From: Mobula hypostoma
Taxonomy: Eukaryota
Assembly (NCBI RefSeq): GCF_963921235.1
Contig: NC_086108.1
Span: forward strand, 35,032,001 to 35,096,000
Direction: 5' to 3'
DNA: 64,000 bases
The notes below the pieces were generated by a model, which had not been told where the DNA came from, searched no databases, and saw nothing but the letters and a program-made list of their open reading frames with translations. Within the stretch, counting starts at the first letter, position 1. Each line of letters starts with the position of its first letter. The position numbers were made by a program, and so were the translations under genes. This document shows, piece by piece, positions 56,667 through 64,000 of the stretch.

Positions 56667-56879
56667 TCATGTCTCAGACTGCTTGTTGGAGTCTGAATGA
56701 CTTGCCATTCTTTCAGTTTGTTTGATCAGGTTTAAATACACTTCTGATCTCAGGAATCTGGGATAGGAATCCTTCTCCATCAAGTTGTAGATTTTACTCT
56801 GTGCTTCATCAAAGCTGGAACTAGTGGGCTTCAGAAGGTGATTCTTAGTGAAGTCTTTAGTTTCATAATCAATATTAAT
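56667..56879 (-). CDS. RGS exon 5 coding part: INIDYETK...[15 protein letters not shown]...KQSET*
   Basis: Acceptor gaatag; TGA stop at 56669-56667. Confidence 0.95.
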   Translation of the reverse strand: MNIDYETKDFTKNHLLKPTSSSFDEAQSKIYNLMEKDSYPRFLRSEVYLNLIKQTERMASHSDSNKQSET

Positions 56880-59800
56880 CTATTCAGTAGGGAAAAAGAA
56901 AACAGAAGTTCAATGATTGTTCTTTGTTAATTTTAAGGTTGCTCACTGCATTAAAATGATACGCTACATATTGTTTGTGATGGCAAATGCAAGGACTCAC
57001 CTCTTTAGGAGCATCTGTTTCTATGAATTCCAAATAAATTTTCTTTGCTCTGGAGGCCCTTTTTGCAGGTGACCTGATTTTCTTGTAGTCCTCGCAGGCC
57101 AGCCAGAACTCAATGTTTTCCTCACTGTATTCTAAGCAAAGGAAAGCTCTAAAGGTAGCCAAACCATCTACAAACAGAAGAGGGAAGAAATGTAATTCTA
57201 ATGGACGCAAAGCTCTCATGATTTAATTTAATTTAAAGATGGAACAATTCATTCCATATTTTCAGTCTTATAAATTGTTTTTACATTTAAGGGTAAATCA
57301 TGTATTAAGATTTTCTTTTAAATAAGTAAAGATCTTTTTATGTGCGATACTGATCGGCAGAAAGCTTCCTGTGGATGGATTGATGGCCAGCAGAATTTAC
57401 AAAAGTGAGTTATTATTGCTATGCACCCTTTCATTTACTGTTCTTCCCTGGCTGGGGAAATTCAGGATCCCAAAGCTGTATCAGACAATTTGCCAGGAAG
57501 CATGAAATGAGAAGCATATGCTTCTCATTTCCCTTTGGACTTGGCTCAACCATGGATCAACATAGGAAAGGATTGCCTCCAAGTTACTTGGATCCTGGGT
57601 GGTAGCTTCTCACACAATCCCTTGGTTGGGTATGCCAACTGAATGTGAACCCCTGTGCTCCTGTTTGGCCACAGCTGTAGTCAAGTTGAGTTGATTGTCA
57701 TGTGCACAAGGCAGTGAGTGACAGTATATTGTAAAATTTTCCTGAAAACAGAGTCACGGGCACATGTGTATAGAGAAGAAAACAGAATATAACTTTTACA
57801 TAAGATTGTACAATGGGGTAGGACTGTGCAAAAGAGTTTAGTACAAAAAATGACAGAGACACAATCAGTGGAAGTCCAAGGCCGAGCAAGCAGTTGTCCA
57901 TAGTATCATTATACTGAGTTTATTAGGTTCACGTTGACAGAACTTATTCATTTCCCAGTCTCTTAGCCGTCTTTATAGCACATTATTTTAATCTGGCCAA
58001 GAGACAGAACAGACACACTCCTTGGAGTTATCAGGAGGCTCTTCCTTTCCTGGAGGCAACAGGATGCGAACAGCAGCTTCCAACAAGAGATGGAATAGGC
58101 TCACTAGAGGAGTGTTAGAGTACTGTATGTGGTACCCAATGTAAGTGCATTGGGTACAATGTTTTGTGATTATTCCCTTCCGCTGGAACTTGCCTGTGGG
58201 TTCAGGGAAGAATACTACTGGCAGCTCCCCCCTCCTCCATCATACACACACACTTCTGATTTCTGCAGTGGTTTGAGCTACCATTTTTAAATAAGCAAAT
58301 TATTGCAAGAACAAAACCTGAACATTTATTTATTTTATTTCTTTTTATTTATCTATTTACTTGTTGAGATACACAGTGGAGTAGGTCCTTCTGGCCCTCC
58401 AAGCCATGCCACCCAGCATTCCCCTGATTTAGTGCTAGCGTAGTCACAGGAAAATTTACAATGACCAATTAACCTACCAACTGGTATGTCTTTGGACTGC
58501 GAGAGGAAACGGAGCACCGAGTGGAAACCCACGCGGTCACAAGGAAAACGTAGAAACTCCTTAAAGACAGCAGTGGGAATTGAGCCCGTGTCATAGTGGA
58601 AAAGCATTCTGCTGACCACTACTCTACCATTCTGCCCTTAACCATGTCATGTATTGCCATATATATTTTAACTTACAGAATTCCTCTCTGATCACAGTTA
58701 ACACCTTAATTAATCCATTATAAACCATCCAGACAGTCTTTCTTGATATGACTAACTCAATAACTTTATGAAAATCAAAATTATTGAGTTCTAATTATGG
58801 CAGGATGCCCACTTACTTTTATGAGAAAGCATCTTGTCCAGAGATTCTCTCCAATTCTTCGCTTCCTCTGAGGAAGTTCTGGTTGGGGGAAAAAAAGACA
58901 GCAATTTTCGTTAGTATATTTTAAAACATACGAGGAAAAGCTTTTTTATAAGGTCAGTTGTTTTGCTATGAGGTCCACATGTACCTGTATTTTACTTTAT
59001 CTATCTTGTTGGCTTGCACAGAAACGTAATGTTTATTCGACTTCTGTAAAAAGATACCCAGCCGAGCCTTAATACCTTTTGCCCTGGGAATAAAAAAAAC
59101 AAGTTTAGTCACAAAAAAAACACTTTTGATCTACTCTGATCATTATCAATTCTTCCAGTGATTATTTTGGAATTCGTTAATGTTCCTTTAGCTAGTCTTT
59201 TTAGTTTTTCTTTCTTTTGTATCATGACTAATTTAAACTGTGTTTAATCAGGTACAGTACTGTTATTCATAGCTCTGTGTACATCAATATCTTGAAACAA
59301 TGGAGACCTGACTTGTTCTATAGATTAACTGCAGCAAATCCAGGTCTGAGCTGAAACTGCAACAGATTACAATGGAAAATGCTCTGTTAGCACTTGAGAA
59401 GAGCTAATCCAATTCAAATCTGAGGGGTATTTGTGTCATTTAGGTAATACATGTAAATTAAAAACTGATGCAGGATGCCAAAAAAAAACGTATATCTAAA
59501 ACAAGAGCAAGGATGATGTTTTGGGATCTGATACTACCTTTTCTGTCAATGACAAATCTCTTGGCTGCTTACAACATTTTTTCTGTTTCAGATTTCAAGC
59601 ATTTGCACGTATCATTTGATAATCTGAGTAAAGCAAAATTTAGGTGGAGATCCTGCCCAGATAATGTTGTGCTTACTCTGTGATGAGACTTCTTTTAGTG
59701 GTTCAACTATCCTAATCTGGAAATATAATCTGAACCGCAGATATTGGTTTGTGACCCACTACAAAATTGTTTGGTCTAGCCTTCAGCATTTAATAGATTT

Positions 59801-60202
59801 CGAACCTTCAACCGATGAAAGTTAAATTGAAATTTCAATAATTTCAAGGCTCTAATATTGGAAAATAATGATCAAAATACTGTTCATTCACAATTTTGAC
59901 ATCAGAGTGGAAGTTAGTTTTAACTGGTATAGGTTTTGTGATCAAGTTCAAAACCTTATGATTTAGGCTTGTGGAAAAAAAGCTCAACTCCCTTGTATTG
60001 CTCAAATAAGTAATTTAGCAAAATATAAGAATCTGAAATACTTTCATCCAACAGTTGGCTACTAAATGCAATATTCTTTCTGAAGATAAAACATGTAGTT
60101 TCCTCAGCAGCCTTCCTTGTATAAAGATACACATAATGAAAATTATTAAGTAACGTACCTTTCTAAGCAGCAGCTTGATAGTGATGACAATCCTCGGCAC
60201 AT
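56667..60202 (-). CDS. Regulator of G-protein signaling, R4/B family (RGS5/RGS16-like), complete, 194 aa: complement(join(56667..56879,57001..57167,58817..58878,58985..59083,60159..60202))
   Basis: Spliced translation: [30 protein letters not shown]...[73 protein letters not shown]...[26 protein letters not shown]...SET*. It has the RGS-box motifs ([17 protein letters not shown]) and all introns are GT-AG. The exact paralog cannot be resolved by eye. Confidence 0.95.
57001..57167 (-). CDS. RGS exon 4 (167 bp): GLATFRAFL...[16 protein letters not shown]...APKE
   Basis: Acceptor tttgtag, donor gtgagt; core of the RGS box. Confidence 0.96.
58325..58640 (-). mobile_element. V-SINE (HE1-like) in RGS intron 3
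   Basis: V-domain cgcgtgggtttcc..cggtgctcc.gtttcctc.cgcagtccaaagacat...ggttaattgg, a CR1-like tail and a (taaa)n end. Confidence 0.75.
58817..58878 (-). CDS. RGS exon 3 (62 bp): [20 protein letters not shown]
   Basis: Acceptor ccaaccag, donor gtaagt; W.ESLDK at the start of the RGS box. Confidence 0.93.
58985..59083 (-). CDS. RGS exon 2 (99 bp): [32 protein letters not shown]
   Basis: Acceptor ttcccag, donor gtacat; amphipathic AK.IK.RLG.FLQK motif. Confidence 0.92.
60159..60202 (-). CDS. RGS exon 1 coding part (44 bp): [14 protein letters not shown](R)
   Basis: ATG at 60202-60200, donor gtacgt; typical RGS4/5/16 N-terminus. Confidence 0.92.
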
Positions 60203-60340
60203 TTTTATTTACTTGGAGCTATTAAGTCTCCTTTAGAAACTTTCTTCTTCTGGTCTCAAAGTCTTCGATGCACAGACTGACTGCTTCAGCTGAACTCTCT
60301 GTCTTACATACACAAACTAGTTGGAGTTCAGTCAGTTGTC

Positions 60341-60440
60341 TAACCAATCAGTGGGCTGCAGGAAGCTGACAAGGTTATACTACAAAGAGCTTAGGGTTGA
60401 ATGATGACGTTTCTGTGTGTGGAAATTCCCAGACTGATAA
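60341..60440 (-). promoter_or_regulatory. RGS proximal promoter motifs: CCAAT box, TATA-like, CRE half-site, NF-kB site, GATA site
   Basis: AACCAATCAG at 60342-60351; TATAA on - at about 60375-60379; TGACGT at 60405-60410; GGGAATTTCC on - at 60421-60430; TGATAA at about 60435. All lie within 240 bp of the ATG. Confidence 0.55.
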
Positions 60441-61459
60441 TATTATCACTATTAAACATCAAATCATTTGTAATTCATGTGTATAGATAATTAAATCTGA
60501 AAGATGTTCTAAACATTTCTATTCTAATAGAAAAAAATGAATATTGGAGGAGGAAGTTTGTTAACCTTTCAGTTATGTGTACAAATTTTATTTGCTGCAG
60601 AAAGCAGAACCATTTAATGAAAAGTGATGGAATAATAATTGAGATGTAATGAAATCTATTAATCTCCCACCCGATGCAGTTCAGAAATATTGGGATCTGA
60701 AAGAACAGCACTATTTCATCTCTATGTGGCAATATGAAGGAAGGTTGTACGCTATTTTGGAAAAGCGACATTTTGAGTACAGAGTAAGAGGAAAGCAACT
60801 TGTATGTTCCTGTTTAGAAGTTCATTCACCTTACTGACCCTTTCTGGGGTGCTACCTCTGCTGGAAATGAGGTTTTAAAACATGCACAATGACAAGCTAC
60901 ATCAGACAAATCTGACCTGGATAAAAAATTTTCTGGCTCAACAGATGATCTCTCTGGAGATTGAAAAATCTTATCTCCGGTTTGTCAGGGATAATATATT
61001 GGTTTCTATTATGCTGTGTTTTAAGAAGTGCTGTATATTTTTTCTGATCTTTTTCAACATTCGATTTTAAAAATGATTCCTGTAGCGATTTTAAAAATGT
61101 TTCCTGTAGTGATTTTATAATGAACAGTGACAATTTTTGAATAACTGTAATAATAGATGGGACTTAGATAAATACATAAATATTTCTAGGGTCAAATCTC
61201 TTTCCTGTTATAACTGCTGAACATGGGAGAGAGAGACAGGATAATTTATTCGACTGTCCTTGTTGGTTGGACTCGATCTATACTTTACCTGAAATGTAAT
61301 CAGTCATTATATTAACTACCATTTATCATGATAAAGTGACATTGTTTTGCAATAAGTTACCATGGTCTCATAATATACGGTAACTTGCTCAGTATTTCCA
61401 GTGTTTTCAAATATTATTTCAGGTTCCAGTGCATTTTTTTTTGCTATCTGTTTGCTAAC

Positions 61460-62181
61460 ATAGTGCAAAAATGGGTCTATCTATCAATTGCAAAAAGACA
61501 GAATGTATGGTGATATCCAAAAAGAAGGAGAATCCTAACTGCAGGCTGAGAATAAATGGGGACAACATAAAACAAGTACAGAACTTTTGCTGCTTAGGAA
61601 GCTGGGTGAGATCAGATGGCAGGTGTGACATGGACATCAAAAGAAGAATAGGGATGGCAAAAGACACCTTTCTGAGAATGAAGAGTATACTGACCAATAC
61701 TAAACTAGGCAAGACAACCCGCCTCAGAGTACTGAAATGTTACGTTTATTCAGTTATGTTAAATGGCTCAGAATGTTGGACAATATCTAGTAACATGAGG
61801 AAATGAATTGAAGCAGCAGAGACGTGGTTTTTGAGGAGGATGCAAAGAATATCATGGACGAAACAAATATCTAATGAGGATGTCATGAACAGAGCAAACA
61901 CAAAAAGAGAAATGATGTATGAGATCATGAAAAGGCAACGTAACTTCATTGGACGTGTGATTAGGAAAGAGGAGTTAGAATGCATGGTAATTATAGGAAA
62001 GATTGAAGGGAAGAAAGCAAGAGGAAGACAAAGACAAATGATGATGGAGACAGCAGCCAGAGAACTGGAAATGAATACCAATGAATTGATCCACTTGACC
62101 GGTAACAGGAGTGTGTGGGCCATGGCAGTCAAAGCTCAAACTGGGCATGGCAGCTGCTGATGATGATGATGATGATGATGA
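61460..62181 (+). mobile_element. RTE-clade LINE 3' fragment with (TGA)n tail
   Basis: Near-identical to the 3' part of 16152-18011; candidate TSD tgtttgctaac/tgttttctaac at 61449-61459 and 62182-62192. Confidence 0.92.
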
Positions 62182-62489
62182 TGTTTTCTAACTGTAAATA
62201 CCTCAGCATAACACTTCATGGGCAGAGAAAAGTCTCATAAAAAAGACAAAGGCTCGCAGAGAGGCTAGCTTGAACTATAAATGGCCATTGCTTAGGATGC
62301 TCTGGGAAATGTGCATTGTTCTTATTCAAGATAAAATTGAACTCATAGAGGAAAAGGAAAAACTAAAATGAAAATCTGAAATGATGATTGAGAGGTTATA
62401 ACTGCCCCAAAAGATTGCATGTTTGTCGCCCACTAAAACTGCTAATGTTGAGGAATGATTTATTAGTGGTTTAAAATTACGTAGTGTTA

Positions 62490-62790
62490 GAGTCATAAAG
62501 ACATATATCACAGAAACAGACCATTGAGTCTACTGTCTACATTGACTATCAGGCACCAACTTACAGAAATCCTACTAATCCCCACAATCCTATCAACTGC
62601 CTTCAGATTCTATCTACACACCAGGGACAATTTACAATGGCCAACTCTCTGAGATGCGAGAGGAAACCAAGGCACCCGAAGGAAACACAAGCGGTTACAG
62701 GGAGACTGTACAAACTCCCTGTCACTTTACTGGTCGGCAGGCTTGAACCCAAGTTGCTGGATCTGTAAGGAAGCAGTTCTACTACCAGCA
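62490..62790 (-). mobile_element. V-SINE-like remnant
   Basis: On - strand: gggttcaagcc B box and a V-domain-like ccgcttgtgtttccttcgggtgccttggtttcctc. Confidence 0.6.
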
Positions 62791-64000
62791 CCTGAATAGA
62801 AGTAAATGCTTCCACTTCCTGAGGTCAACAAAACCAAAGGCCATAATACAAGAGAATACAATAAATCCAAATGGAAAACCTTATCCAGGGAGGGATTAGA
62901 AAGTAATAATTAATTTCAAAGGAGTGAGTGAGTGAGGCAAATAGTAAAGATACAATTACATGGAGATGTGATAATTTCATGAGAGCAATATATATATAAA
63001 TGTACATATATATCTACATACACAAGGATCCTGATTGTTTGAAGATGAAAAAAAGTGAAGAAAGTTCATATAAGAAGAAAATGACTCTCAGGGTTATATA
63101 TGGTGACATATATGTACTTTCATAATAAACTTACTTTGAGCTTTATAGTGCATAAATGTTGACATGGAACAGTTGGGCTGAATGTCCTATTTCACTGCTG
63201 TACCTGTTAAGAAAATCTATTCACTTTGGACAATACTTGGATTGTGCAAAGAAAACACAATCTGTTCGATATGTTGGTGACTAGATGTCACCACCCCTGT
63301 AGCAGTCAGTGGCCGTGAAGACTGCTTTGGCAGTAGGTGTGGCACCCTGCACACTATTGGTAATGTATAAGGGAGGAAGCTGGCTGACTGATTTTTGTAA
63401 AGGCGTTAGTACTTTTCACAACATTATTTAAAGGCACACAACCAGATTTGTTTCAAGCTTCTCACCACCCCTGCCATTTTGGGGGCTAAGACCTAATGGT
63501 TACATTTCCTAAGCAGTTTGTGGGGCCTCCTCAACTTCTAAATATGTTGCTGCTTTGTGACAGCACTCCAGCCTACACTGGGTGATTATACATTTATTAT
63601 AATCTTAAACCGTTTAATGTCTGCAACCTATTTCAATGTAATCACTACCACCTCCATACACTCCACTGTGATTAGCAGATTGCAGGTTGTCATGACTTAT
63701 CTTTCTCTGCAGGGTCATGGGCCATAATTTACAAATCATGAGTCTGTAAACAGTATTGCAGCTTCTAGTAAAAGACATATTGCATTGTTTCCTTGGAGCT
63801 ACGCAAAAGTATGAATGATTACTGTTAGGGTTATTAGGTTGCTTTCACTTTGATAAGACGAGCGGGCTCTCTTTGTAGCAGAAATGGAATAAAAATAGTG
63901 CTATCTCTGAATGTTAAGTGCTTGAGGATCTGCTTCTATGCTATATGCCTTAATATCAAGTCTAGCACTACATAATTATAAACCAAAATTAAGTCATTCC

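Noticed and set aside
56884..57219. 111-aa single-exon RGS ORF in the track
   Set aside because: It is exon 4 plus intron read-through; the splice sites define 57001-57167.

Overview
This is eukaryotic, AT-rich, repeat-dense vertebrate genomic DNA. The repeat set (CR1 LINEs, V-SINE/HE1-like and Deu-type SINEs, Penelope-like pLTRs, RTE, Nimb, Rex1/L2, Tc1, Tigger) points to a cartilaginous fish, probably a ray (inference). It holds two spliced host genes in convergent orientation. (1) The last 10 coding exons of the kinetochore gene NUF2 are on + (553-42738); all have GT-AG boundaries and join in one frame, and the 5' exons lie upstream of the window. (2) A complete 5-exon R4-family RGS gene (RGS5/RGS16-like, 194 aa, Met-Cys-Arg N-terminus) is on - (60202-56667), with CCAAT, CRE-half and NF-kB motifs just upstream. 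Nearly all long ORFs in the supplied track are transposon remnants. The most notable non-gene structures are: a TSD-flanked ~470 bp fold-back Penelope-like insertion in a NUF2 intron carrying two inverted, core-intact minimal hammerhead-ribozyme motifs; a pLTR-bracketed non-autonomous Penelope derivative; a deep nest of transposons; and a Tigger composite that resembles mammalian Tigger4/MER2. All family assignments come from recognising motifs by eye, not from database searches. I found no clearly new biological system; the best leads are unusual instances of known element classes.
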